From Podarcis filfolensis (Eukaryota): a DNA stretch of 64,000 nucleotides. The notes below the pieces were generated by a model. That model was not told the DNA's origin and did no database searches. It was given only the letters and a program-made list of their open reading frames with translations. Numbering within the stretch: position 1 is the first letter of the stretch; each line of letters starts with the position of its first letter. Positions 38,001 to 50,210 of this stretch are shown piece after piece. The position numbers and the translations under genes were made by a program. The stretch lies in assembly GCA_964270895.1 (NCBI GenBank), contig OZ185441.1. One strand, given 5' to 3'.

Positions 38001-38684
38001 CCCACCCCCGCCGCAATTCCCTCGGCCTAACCTACCTCACAAACTTATTGTGAAGATAACACAGAGACACACACCGCTACCTCTGCCATCACCCGCAGCT
38101 CCCTTGCGCACGCAAATGCCCCGCAGAGATTGCGCACCGAGAGAGTGCGGAGTCTTCCTCCCAATGTGTAGGATGCAGCCGGTCTCGACTGCGCCCAATG
38201 GGGCTTCCTCGCAAGTAAGTGTGCGGGCTCAAGCTTCGTCCATTCAGAACCAACAGGACAGGTCCCAAGTCAACTCTACAGTATTTAGGGACTGGGAGGC
38301 CGAAGCAGTCGTGCATTTGTTTGCGTGTTTGTATATTTGCTTGTGTGTGTTTGTTGTCGTTGCTGTTTAGCGGCAGACCGTAGGAAACACACATCAACAC
38401 CATTTCAAACGTCGAATGGATTCGACCCGACTTTGCACCAGATGCTGGGATTCGCTTTTAGCGTCTGAAAGAGTGAGCGGAAAGTCTCTGTTTGGGAAAC
38501 CAGAGCGAAGGAAAAGCAAAATTTGCTAGCTCTCACCCAGCTTCTGCCCCGCGGAGGCACCTGTTGTGCCTTGTAAATGAAAACAGTCTCAGCCCAAGGA
38601 TTGGGGCCCAAAACATGGTGCTCTCATCCTCGCCGTTGTTCTCTACCACTTGCGACTTTGATAGTGGCATAGAGGCAACGCCAG

Positions 38685-38722
<38 letters not shown>

Positions 38723-38733
38723 TATTATTATTA
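38685..38733. repeat. (ATT)n microsatellite, one interruption
   Basis: Seen directly. Confidence 0.95.
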
Positions 38734-39915
38734 GCCTCAACAGCAGCAGCAGGAGCAACCTCGTGAATTTTTTTGCAGATTCCTTCTTTCACTCCAGTGC
38801 CAATACCTTACCCAGCCACTGTAATCCGTGGGTGATTTTGTTTTCTATTATTGCTGAACCTGCATAATATGGAATCTAGAAAGAACAACGGGGAAAGATG
38901 GTCAATATGTTTCCTCTCTCTTTTCATTTTGGGGGGGGACCCAACCAGCATGGAGCGCCGATGGGAATTTAATTTATTATGGATAAGGGAGTCAATATTG
39001 CGCGGGGTGCGGGGCAGAGACATTTGCCGGCGACGGGAATTTCGCTCAGATCCTGCTGCTCTCCGGACATGGGTCATATTTTTAAAATGAGAAAAGGTAG
39101 GGATTGTTCTTCCTAACTTACGTAGCCATGCCAACACATTGCAGCTATGGCCACGCATGCATTTATCGAATAAATATAGAGTAGCCTCGCCCGGTGGGTC
39201 GCTCCTGTTTCTCCGCGCCGTCCTCCGTTCACCTTTGGAGTCAGCCGTCGAGGGAAGAAGTCTCACTCTGCGCCCATGGTGCTGTTGCCAAAGGCCGCTG
39301 GCGAACAGGAGCAGAGCCACCAAGTCCCACTGCTCTCCATGGAACTGAATTAGAAGGTTCCTTAGGATTACAGCCATTGAGGTCAAGGGGCCAAGATGAT
39401 GGCCAGGCAGTCCCTTTAACCCCCAAGTTGGGGGCGAGAAAATTGTCTCGCTGTCTGCCCTGATCGTGCATTCACATCCATTATTATTTTTCTTCCCACC
39501 CCTTATTTTCCTGCTCATTGCCATTCTCCCCCCCCATCCACCCTCCGCCCTCTGCATCTTCCTTCTCAGTTTCTAATCATCTCCTGTTTTCTTTTCTGTG
39601 CAGGGAAATTCAGGAATCCTAATTGCTCTAGGACAGGAACGGATCCTTCAATGCCCACTCAGTTCCTTATCAATGGGAAACTGGGAGATCTGGCTTTTTT
39701 TCGTTGCCTCACTCAGCATCTCACATTTTCCAAAGTTTCCATCGCTGGCGTGTTTATTGAGAGTATTTGTTTCGCGTTCATCGTTTGAACCAAACGCGCT
39801 TTCGCATCTGGCCCATTTGCTCGAGATCTCTCTTTCTCTCCTTCCCTGTCTCTCTCCCCTAGCTCTTAAGCAGCGCGATTTTGCTCCAAGTCCCGAGAGG
39901 TGGAGGGTGATGCGG

Positions 39916-39916
<1 letters not shown>

Positions 39917-39955
<39 letters not shown>
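39917..39955. repeat. (TG)19 microsatellite
   Basis: Seen directly. Confidence 0.95.
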
Positions 39956-39956
<1 letters not shown>

Positions 39957-41029
39957 TTTTAACGTCATTTCGCCATGTGGATTGTTTTAGGTTTCAGGGA
40001 GCCGGTCCTGCACGGTTCCGTCTGCGGGGCATAATCAGCCCTCCGCGCTGCGCTCCGTGCCATTAATGAGTAGTTAACAAATATTCGTCTAAAACGCCGC
40101 TTGCATGCAGGGGAAAAGGAGCCCGACCGCAACTTAACCACGAACAGTAATGTGTTTCTATTTATCCAGGGGCTCAAGTTAAACAACCTGTGATTGGTCA
40201 CTTGGGATAAGTAAAAACAACAACAACATAAAAAATCCCTCTTAAACTGAAAAGGAGGAAAAGTGGTAGCAAAAGCCCCCGAGGTCCATATAATCTGCAT
40301 GCATATGCTTCCAACAATTAAATGTATATAAAATATATTTTTATGTATATATATTTGAGGGAACTTTCTCATCTAACAGAGGAAAAGCATTTCCGAATTA
40401 TAGTCACTCGGGAAGTTTAAAAACTACCTTTCAAGATTTTCCTAGATGCCAGATATTTTTATTTATTTCGCCCGGGTAATGTTGGCGGTTCCTTGGGATT
40501 CACCTGTTTCGGGTAGAAGAAAATCGTTTGCTCACGAAAGCCAGGTTTTGAGAGAGGATTTCTTCAGCTGGGAGATGATGATGATGATGACACTAATACT
40601 TTGAAATGGCTACGACAAAGTGGCGCCCTATAATTTTGTTTTAAAAACACGATTCTCTCGGGAACCTCACAGTCTAACAAATTAAATAAAGAAGAGGCAA
40701 AGGAAGGGGGGGAGAAAAGAGGGGAGGGAAAATATAGGATTAGAGAATTCAAAGAAGCCTTCTAAACTATCGCGTTCACATTGATCTGCTTCACACGAAG
40801 CAGGAAAAAACTGCTAATGGTCTGAAGGTATTACTCGGAGTGTATAGAGAACATATAGCCAGCATATTTAGTCCATGAAAACGGTGTGTTGGACACGTCC
40901 AACTTCTAGGGCTTAGCCTGAGAGACAGCTACCGAAGTTTCTGCAGTTGGAGTAGCCAGAAGCATTAAGGAAGGAAGATCTTGATTTATGCACTGATCGT
41001 GTTTTCTCAAAGGGGAAAAAGTCACCTTA

Positions 41030-42450
41030 GGTAACGTTGGGGGTGGGGAGCGAAAGTGTGGAGCGGGGGGGGTGCAGGGGGAGAGAAAGGAGCTCTGCCC
41101 CTTTAAAGCCAAGTTGCTATCCAAACAGAAGTAAACAGTGGTGGTGGAACGGAGAGGCGGGGCTTCGAGGGGCGGCCCTCGGAACGTTCGCAACCTCTCG
41201 AGCGTTCGGAGGGGGGCGTGGTTTCGAACGCTGGGGCAGCGAGCGTTCGAATTGCTGGGGCTCGGGGAGGGACTGCGGGCGGGGACAGAGCCCGCGCCGC
41301 GGCGAGCGCTGAAATGCGATGGACCCGCGAGGGGGAGGTCCAGACTCGCGCCGAGCTCCGCCGGAGCCGAAGGCAGGACGGGGCTCCCGGGGAAGCTCTA
41401 TGCCGGCACTTGACTCGCCGTCTCCCAGCCGCCGGGGGAGCCTGAAAGCCCGGGCCGGAGGCCTCCTGGAGCCGCCCCTCTGACTCCTCGGAAGCCGCCC
41501 CTCGGAACATGCCCGGAGCCCCCGGGACTCGACGGCTCCACTGAGCGAGCTCCTCTCTCGAGTGGATCTAATGACACCGCCAAGGCACTTGCTGGCCTGA
41601 GGAGCGCCGGGAGGACGTGGGTCCGGGGACGAGGCGGAGGCCCCGTCGGAAGAAATTGGCAAGGGGGAGGTAGGTAGTAGAGTGACAGCTCCGGGATGGT
41701 CGCCCTGCTTGGGAACGGGGCACCTGCGGGTGGGAAGTGAGGGATCTGGGCAGGAAGGGGCAGAACAGGGCAGAACAGGGGAAGGACCCGATTCTAAGCT
41801 CCGCAGGGAACCCCAACCCGGAGAATTGCCCTCGGAACCGTCCAGGAACGGGCTTCTCCAACAACCAGAACCTTCTTGCACTTAGTAATGTGACTGTTGG
41901 GATCCTTTGCGCGTTTTACCCGGGAGTAAGGCTCGCTGAGCGCAGGGAGACTTCCTTCGGAGTAAGCGCGCGTGTAGAGCTCGGGCTGGCCGCAGAGGGC
42001 TTTGTCAGCCAGCTCGGTCTCTCGCCGAGGAGGAGCGAGCAACTCCTCGCCTTTACTTTCGGTTTGACTCCCGGCGGCTCACACCAGAACAGGGGCAGAC
42101 CTGTCTCTCGGTGCACAGAGCCGGCTGTGTTCTGCGCGCTCCATAACGCTCCGGGCAAGTGGAAGGGCCTCCAGACCCCGCCTTAGAAAGTTCGCACTCC
42201 GAAGGCTTCCAGGAAAGCCAGGTGAAGTCGCATTGCTCGTTCAACAAATCTTGGGCGAAAGATTTCCTTTCCTCCTCTTGATTTGTTCGAGATAGCCTTT
42301 GGGAACGCCGGAGCGGGACGGAGGTCTTGGTTTTGGCGAGGATAAACCAATACAAATCTGTGGGATCTGGCAGGGATAGTTTCCCCCAACTTCAGCCGGC
42401 GTTTGCCTACCTGATAGCTGAGACCCTCGGCGGGCTCCTAGCCTTCTCCC
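41030..42450. promoter_or_regulatory. CpG island upstream of OSR2
   Basis: Dense CpG and G-tracts, by eye. Confidence 0.7.
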
Positions 42451-44449
42451 ACCAAGAGCGGTTATTTATTTCCCTCTGACATCCAAGCAAAAACTCCTTT
42501 CAAGTCCTTAGCCGTCGGAAGCCCTTGAAAAAGCGAGTCAGAGCCAGCCAAAGATCACGCCGGGAAGACTCTTCTTTCTGCAGACACTGGCCTTAATTAA
42601 ATTAAGGATTCGGAGTGGAAAGGGAAGTGACAGTGTGTCTAAATAACATCCGTGTTTGATTCGCACCCTGACTACCAGTGGGCTCTCAAAGGAAAACACT
42701 GCACTTTCTGGCCTAATTTCAACCCCCATCCCACCCCCACACTTTCTCATTGTCAAGTTTGGCACTTAAACGTATTTACTTTGTACTGCGCTGCTTGCTT
42801 TCCGCGGATGGAGGGTTGTGAATATAGGACTGCAGCCTGCAAGATGGCTCAGAGGGCAGTAAAGTCTGTATCTAACGTTGTTCGGGGTGCAGTCCTACGC
42901 CTTGTTTTCATTCGATTCTGTGAAATACTGCCTTATGCATCAGTATGGATACAGCAGGTAGAGAAATTCTGCTATGTCTTATTTTAAAAAGATACCACCT
43001 TTGGGTTGTGCTGAAGCAAAAACAAGATCGGTGTGAATATTACACAACTTAAACACGTGGCTTTGAAAGTAAACTTTAGCATTTTTTTAAACAAAACTTA
43101 TAGGCTGTAATGGATATCCCATTGAATCAAAGAGCAAGCGTGGGCAAAATCTTGTAGTAGAGAGGCGATCCCATGTAAATGAGCAGGTTCTCCTAAAACC
43201 TGCGCTACTATTTTCCACGTAAATTTATAAAATGTACGCCTAAAGATCATACTTGTATGAACACTTACTAGGGAATGAAGTTGCAGTGGTTTAACTAGTA
43301 TCAAGCCCCACTGAATTCAACAGAACTCATTTCTGAGTAGCAATGGTTAGGATTGTGCTGAAATAAATGGAACCTACTTCCAAATAAACATTAATCGAAT
43401 TGTCTTTTTTTCTTGCAATGGGAAGCTCTGAATATATTTGCTTTTTTTAAATAAAAAACTAAAATTATATTCGAAAAGTGGCGTATTTTTTCATCATATG
43501 CCTTTAATCAGAAACGAAAATGTCGGTGTTAAACAAAAAACCCTCAACTTTGTTGAGAACAATTAATATAAAATAAACCATAACTGGATTTTTATGTGAG
43601 CGGCCTAATCCCCGAGTCCCGGCCCTCGGTCTTAAAACAGGTTAACATTAAAAGTAACTCTCGCTTGATTCATTGGGATTGTTTCACTTAAATGTGTATT
43701 AAGCAGCACAGCAGCAGGAAGTAAACTCTAATTAGATCAGTAGCACTTAAGTTTCTGATGGATGTGTTTTTAGGATCTGTGAGGGAAACATTTAAACCGA
43801 CTCAAATTTTCAAGCCGCTTCGAAGGAAAATGTCAAAACGAAATTGGAGTCTCTATCCTTAGCACATTTGCTTGGAAACAAGGACCATCGAAATCCGCAG
43901 GGCTTCTAGAAAATGTGTGCGGTGAAAGTGTTTGGGGACAAATTGCGTCGTGGGCGTGTAAAAGCTGCACATCTGAAATATAAATACCTAGGCATAATAC
44001 TAGTACTTTGGTGCTATGCATTACAGCTATTTTAATACAGAACAGAAAGAGTTTTTTTAAATTAAAAAATCACGTGCTTTCTGGGTGTGTGTCCCCCCCC
44101 TTTTAATCTCCGAGAAAACATGTTTTTCTTTCAAGCGTACATTTCAATTTTTTGTGTCAAGGTCCTGCAGCATGATGTTTTATCTAAATCAAGCAGTCCA
44201 GCCCAGATGGAGAGGGGATCCCCTCCCCCCTCGTTAGGAAAGGACCCCCTTGAGTAAGTCTGGAAGCCCCTTGACCCTGGCACTATGGGAGCTCCAGCAG
44301 GAAAAAGTAAACGAACCTCTTTCCTTTTTGCTTCCCATCTCTGCGAGGCGATGTCTCTTATCAGGATAGCCAGCCCTTGTGCGGTCGCGTTGCAGTGTCG
44401 AGGGGGTGGTGGTGGTGGCGTGGGCGCCATGATTTGTGCATTTATTTAT

Positions 44450-47400
44450 TTATTTGCAAAAGGGAAAGTGATGAGTGGTGGGAAAGTCGTTGGGGGGGAA
44501 CGGGAGTTAATAGTTTCGGTTGAACGGGCTGAGTGAAACCCTCTGACTGTCACACACCGCTCATTAACTCCCTTCCCTGCGCACTCGGATCGCATACCAG
44601 AGGCAAGGAAGAGGCTGCGTGTTTTGTTTTGGGTTTTTTTGCTACCCCTTTTTAGCGCTGCATTAATTTAGAAATGGTCCGTCCTTCCCCCCACCAATCC
44701 CCAGAAGCAAAGCTCTGCTCCGCCCGGGCGCGAGTGGGAAACCGGGCCGAAGGCAACCAGGGCACTTCGGCCCCTTTGGCCCATCAGATGTTGATGCAAA
44801 AGAGGAAAATAATGCACGATCAAGTGCGCTTTATGTTGGCACACGTATAAGACCCTGAGGTCTCTGCTCCTCCTTCCCTCTTTGCAAACTGGCGGTGCAG
44901 AGGCCTACAGCTGCCATTGGAGAAATCAAGGAAGCCTTTTGCGCCCAGGAGCGCTTCTATCCAAACTGGTTACCCCTGCAGACTCATAACCCAGCCTCAC
45001 GATCCTCTATTTTTTGAAATACAAAAACAAAAGACGATGCCTTTAAAGAAGGGGGGGGGGAATCAGATTATTTTCACTTCCCTCCCCGGGCTTGTTAATA
45101 GGTCGCAAGGCGCAATTCGGGGATAGAGAACCGGTAGCTTTTTTTTTCCGACCAGGCATTTGAAATAAAGCTCGGTTAAGCTCTTGTGAGCATCTTCCAA
45201 CCGGATTATTATTGTGTTTTTTTAGAAGAAAGTATCTGGGGATGCCTAGAAAGGAGCATCTGAAGGCTTTATTTCTTTTCTTTCGAAAATTGCCTTGTGA
45301 GAGCGAGCGGGACTAACAGATGTGGCCGAGCCCCAGCCCGTCCCAGAAGCCCGTTTAAATGCTTAACTCCCAATTGGATTTTAGGGCCGCTTTTATTTTT
45401 CTCGAAGTATCACATTTCCCACACTCCTTTCGGGAGGCTGCAGGGACGTTCCAAATGCAATAAGAAAGCGGAGCAAGGAAGAGCCGCCAAGATCCTGGGG
45501 CAGGAATGGCCGCGAAACTGCAGTGCTGGATGAGAGAAAGGCGGGGGGCGAAAGAGTAAGCCTCGCCTGCCTCCTCGAGCGAGCAGGGCAGTGCTTGCCA
45601 ATGCTACTTCTGCGGGGCTAAAGCACCCCCCCAAAATAACCTCGACCCCAGATTAAGGTCCGGCTGCCTGCTGGAAGCCTGGGAGCTGAATCCCATGTGG
45701 GAGATCCTCGGGGCAGCGCCCTGTGGCGCTTGCCTGTCGCAGAAAACATCCCCGAGCGAAGTGGCTCTTCCAATGGACTCCCAATGGGGCGGGCGGGTGT
45801 TTCCCCTTGCAGAAAAGCGCCCAGCTGGCCCCTTGGTCAGGGCGCGCGGCTACTACTCGCCTTTCCCTGAAGGCCGTCTGGGAGAGACCCTGAAGGTGTC
45901 CCTCTTGGGTGGCGCCTTGGCCAGCTGAAAGGGATCTGCGAGAGAGGAGGAGGGAGGGGGTATTCCGAGCCTGGAGCGCTTGGCGTCGAGGGGCGACGGG
46001 GGAAGTGTTGCTTTTCTCTCTTTCAATTATCTTGATTAATGAGTTGTCGCTGAGGGAAGAAAAATAAGCGCAGCAGCACCGGGGAGGGCCAAGGCGGGCG
46101 GCGCGGGCAACCCCACCAAGGAGAGCCACCAGCCCCTCCTTTCCTCGCCTCCCGCGTTGGACCTTTGCTTCCCCGCCCATGGAGACCCCTCTGCTCCCCT
46201 CCCCCTGACTAACCCCCGCCAGGCCAACCTCAGCCGACGACTTCCAAGGCCTGGGAAAAGGCGCTATACCAGTTCAGGGCCTCGCCATTGAAACCTCGTG
46301 GACACTTCCGACGGAGCCGGTGGAACTGACTTCCAATGGCGAGGAGGATCCCAGGCGCTGACCCCCCCCCCACTCCTGTATAATCTGTAGATGCGACGAA
46401 AGAAACAGCCCCCAAGTTGTAATTGTTCTGGCCCTTTCATTCAGCAATGACCGGCCCTGTTCGGTTGGCGTTTTATACCCCCTTTGCCCTCCTGAGATGA
46501 TGGGTGTCTCGGGCAAGCGCGCCAATTCGAGGCCCAGGCTGCGATCCTGGGCTCACCTGCTTAAAAGCAAGCTCCGCCAAGGCGAACGAGCCCTCCACCT
46601 ATGTTTCCTCGGAAGTCACGTCCATTAATTTGAACCGGATTTCTCTTCCATGAAAGCATGGGCCAGGTCATCGGCCTTACCCGTAGGTGGAGTTGCTTAC
46701 TTGAGAGCAAGCCCCCTTGTAGTCAATGAGACCCCTATTTATTACATAATAGGATCCTTTGGTGGGAAATGCACTGGATCGGGCTGCGCGCGTTTGGAAG
46801 TGTTTCAAGATGGGGCATCGGCATCTTCATTCAGTCTTACAACCCAGGCCAGCTTCTGAAAGGATTGCTGGTGGTAGGTAGCTGTGATCCATAATACAGC
46901 CAAATTCAAAGCAGCTGCCATCGTGCTGGTTGGACCTCGTGTGCCCTTTGCATGGTGGAAGGAAGTTAAATCGACTCAATGAGCCTTACTCTCGTGTAAT
47001 GTGGGATCGGGGCCCCCTCCGTTTTCACTGGTTAAATGAGTCGGGAGCCATGTTAGATGCACTGTGCTCGCACATATTTCCCTGTGAAGCGAGGGAATCA
47101 GCGAGTATTTATCACTTTCCCCTCTCCGCCCCCTCCCCCGCAAGCCCCTGACATGACTTATCGCTTCTTCAGACATCATGAGCTCTTAAAGAGCCTCCTG
47201 CTCCCCACCTAGGCGCATAAAAAGTCCATTCGAACAAGCAGGATCGCAGCCAAACGCCTTAAAAAAAATCTATTTGTGAAGCTCGCTCATGTTGGACGGG
47301 AGTCAGTAGCTCGCTTGTAAGGGCGCGCGAACTTCCCTGCTTACACCACCACTGTGTGCGCTATGGCAAGGACGCAGAAACCGCACACCAAAGCAGCCCC

Positions 47401-48950
47401 CGCTTCCAAACGGCTCCTGTCCTGAGCCTCCAGCCTTGCAGGACACCCGCTTCGAGGGTTAAGTGGCCGGCACATCGCGCTCCTCCTGGGTCGTTTCAAA
47501 AATATGGACTTTGTAGTCAGTTCTGTCATCAGTACAACTCGCATTCAGAGAAATGATGGACCTGGGATCCCCCCGCCGCCGCCGCTTTCAAAGATTCTAG
47601 TCCTCGTGACCTTGCACGCAGACGCAGCCCTTGCCAGGAAACTCGGCTTTGATTTCTTGATCCATCTACGATACTGGAAAGAAAGAGTCACTCTGCCTAA
47701 ACCAATTGCGGAGTGTGTGTGTTTCAGGGGTCCGTGCGCTTGGCCGGCTTAATTGCTATTTGATATTTTCAGGTGATATTTTATTTGCGTTGGCCTCTTC
47801 CAGGTAATGCCGTTCCCTCCCAAAGTTGCTTGCATTTCTGAACATTATATATGATTCCGCCGGTTTGGGGCCCGCTTCACCAGCGAGATCAATTCGGAGT
47901 CTGAATTATTCGCCGCTCTAACTACAGCCCTCTCATTCGGGTCCCCTAATTAGTTATCCTGGTTGCGCATTATTGTTGTGAATGTTGTTTAATTCTACTG
48001 TACTTCGTCTTAAGGGGCCTGCAACTGTACTAAAACCAGGCCCCTCTTGTCAAATCCACGTGTAGACGCTGCCCTTGCAATAACCTGCTTCTTGTTTTGT
48101 TTCTGGTCCCCTCCCTCCCTCTGTCCCTGCTCAGGACCTGCGCCCGTGCGTGCGCCCCGAGGAGCCGCGGGTCGCCTCCGGCCCTCCACGGCCAGGCCCG
48201 GCCGCTGGGACGATGGGGAGCAAAGCGCTGCCGGCGCCGATCCCGCTGCACCCGTCTCTGCAGCTGACCAACTACTCCTTCCTCCAGGCCGTCAACACCT
48301 TCCCGGCCGCCGTGGACCACCTGCAAGGCCTGTACGGCCTGAGCGCCGTGCACACGATGCACATGAACCACTGGACGCTGGGCTGCTACGCCGCGGCCGC
48401 CGCCACGGCCGGAGGCGGCGGCCCGGCCGAGATCAGCCGCTGCTCGGCGCTGAGCGAGATGGCGGCGGCGCAGGGCCTGGTGGAGCGCTTCCCCTTCCCG
48501 GCGCTGCCCTTCGCCACGCACCTCTTCCACCCCAAGCAGGCGGCCGCCATCGCGCACGTCCTGCCGGCGCTGCGCAAGGAGCGCCCGCGCTTTGACTTCG
48601 CCAACCTGGCGGCGGCGGCCACGCAGGAGGACCCGCCCAAGGCGCACCAGGCCGCGGCGGCGGCGCACGGCGAGCTGGCCAAGCTGAGCGGCCCCCTGTC
48701 GGCGGCGCTGGGCAAGCTCTCCCCGGACCGGAAGCCGGCGCGCGGCAGGCTGCCTTCCAAGACCAAGAAGGAGTTCATCTGCAAGTTCTGCGGGCGCCAC
48801 TTCACCAAGTCCTACAACCTGCTCATCCACGAGAGGACCCACACGGACGAGCGGCCCTACACGTGCGACATCTGCCACAAGGCCTTCCGGAGGCAGGACC
48901 ACCTCCGCGACCACAGGTCAGCTCCGCTGGAGATTCAAAAGGGGGACTGT
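44450..48950 (+). promoter_or_regulatory. OSR2 promoter / non-coding first exon / intron 1 CpG-rich region (TSS unresolved)
   Basis: CpG-rich throughout. CCAAT (~44694), GC box ctccgccc (~44718) and TATA-like gtataag (~44845) lie 3.3-3.5 kb upstream of the coding exon. Exon 1 position is inferred only. Confidence 0.5.
48213..48916 (+). CDS. OSR2: OSR2 (odd-skipped related 2) first coding exon: N-terminus, [10 protein letters not shown] motif, C2H2 fingers 1-2 (704 nt coding)
   Basis: ATG at 48213 gives [31 protein letters not shown]...[50 protein letters not shown](R), donor AG|gtcagc. Probable acceptor tcag| at 48133-48134 leaves 78 nt of 5' UTR. STK3-OSR2 adjacency matches recalled amniote synteny. 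Confidence 0.98.
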
Positions 48951-50000
48951 TGGGCTACTGCCCTCGCTCCAGCCTCTTTGGAGAAAAGGGTGCCCACGGG
49001 GTTATGCCATGCAGGATCCAGCCACTCCCCAACCCTCCATTTCCCTGGGAAATTAAGCCTTATGATGGATGGCCTAGTGGTGAGGTTGAGGTGCCAACCA
49101 GCAAGTCCTGGGCTCCAGTTTCCCCCTAAACCCACTTAGATAGGCCTAGAGGAGAAAGGACTGTTTCTCAGCCTCCTGTATGCAATAGGGAGGTGGTTGG
49201 TGTTGTTAGAATGCTGCCCTAACTAACAGGGCAGTTCTCAATATGTAGGAGGGGCGCCGGTTGGATTTATTTCCCAGGGAACAAGGTTGGGACTGGGAGT
49301 GTTGGGTTGATTTGCATAGAATCAAGTGACGTTGATCAGAAGCAATTTTCTTCCACTTCAGTGGGCCCAACTGAGGGTGAGGGGTGCCTTCAAGGTGGTT
49401 GGCTTTCATGACACTTCTTTCCAGGGCTCTGCATCTGATCCGTACCTCCTGATGGCATTTCCAATCTTTTCCCTTTTGCTTTCTTTTCTAGTCTGTAGGA
49501 TTTGATAAAGGCTTGGTGATCCCAGCAAAAAAGCAACAACAAACTATTTTACCTCTGTAGAAATAACATTTGATAGAAGTCCAGTAAGGAAGCTGCAGAA
49601 AAAATTCAGTAGATTTATAGCCTAGCAAATGTGGATCAAAACTCAAAGGGGAGGGGCAGAGAGAAGGCAGTATGTTCCTTGGAATGAGTATTTCCTAACA
49701 CTAATGGGATGTTTGTTCTTTTCTGTCCCATACATGCCAGAGAAACAACATTTACAATGTGTTTGTAGCAGTGTACAAATGGCCCTTTTCCTCTGTTGCT
49801 TGCTCTGAGAAGCTCAAGGGCTTTCTGCCTTTTCTCATCCCATCAAACGATAATGAACTGTGGGCCAGATCCTGTGGGGCTCTATAAACTTAGTAAGGCA
49901 AAATTCCAGCTGACCTCAGCTGGAACAAGTGGGACCACAGCCTTTACATGTTCACCTGAAAGCAAGTCCCAGTGCACACATGTGGAAGATTGCATACTTA

Positions 50001-50090
50001 CATAGGACTTTTGTGCATTGCTACTCAGAAGTAAGTTCCACTGTTCTCAGTAGAACATACACTGTAGTAAGTGTGTTTAGGATTGTCTCC
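50001..50090. mobile_element. ~90-bp Harbinger-like MITE in OSR2 intron (reverse orientation)
   Basis: tta|cataggac...ctactcagaagtaag...aggattgtctcc|tta. Confidence 0.75.
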
Positions 50091-50210
50091 TTAATTTGTT
50101 AGCAGAAAAGGGCAATGAAGCGCTTTGGAGAAACTACTGTCAAGTGGCTGCAGAAAACAACCTCTGAAAAGAAAATTGGAAAAGTAGATTTCAGTGTTGA
50201 GTTAGGCTTA

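Larger units (their letters stand above)
36330..38300. promoter_or_regulatory. CpG island upstream of OSR2
   Basis: High GC with abundant CpG (e.g. gcgcgcgccggcgctgcgc). Long ORFs here lack recognisable homology. Confidence 0.7.

Noticed and set aside
37159-38053. 285-aa (-) and 240-aa (+) ORFs, and similar long ORFs at 18876-19424, 41117-41881, 45653-46180 and 53556-54138
   Set aside because: They lie in CpG islands, are Pro/Arg/Gly/Ala-rich, run through microsatellites and occur in several frames at once. This is typical of stop-poor GC-rich DNA.
47773-47803. 31-nt AG...GT microexon candidate
   Set aside because: Splice-like flanks are present, but there is no ATG or other support. Kept only as context for the leader finding.
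48030-48914. 294-aa antisense ORF overlapping OSR2
   Set aside because: Expected by-product of ~97% GC3 on the sense strand, which removes antisense stops. No independent homology.
48917-49139. C-terminal part of the 329-aa ORF-track protein after RQDHLRDHR
   Set aside because: Read-through into the intron past the GT donor at 48917. The true continuation is the exon at 50409.
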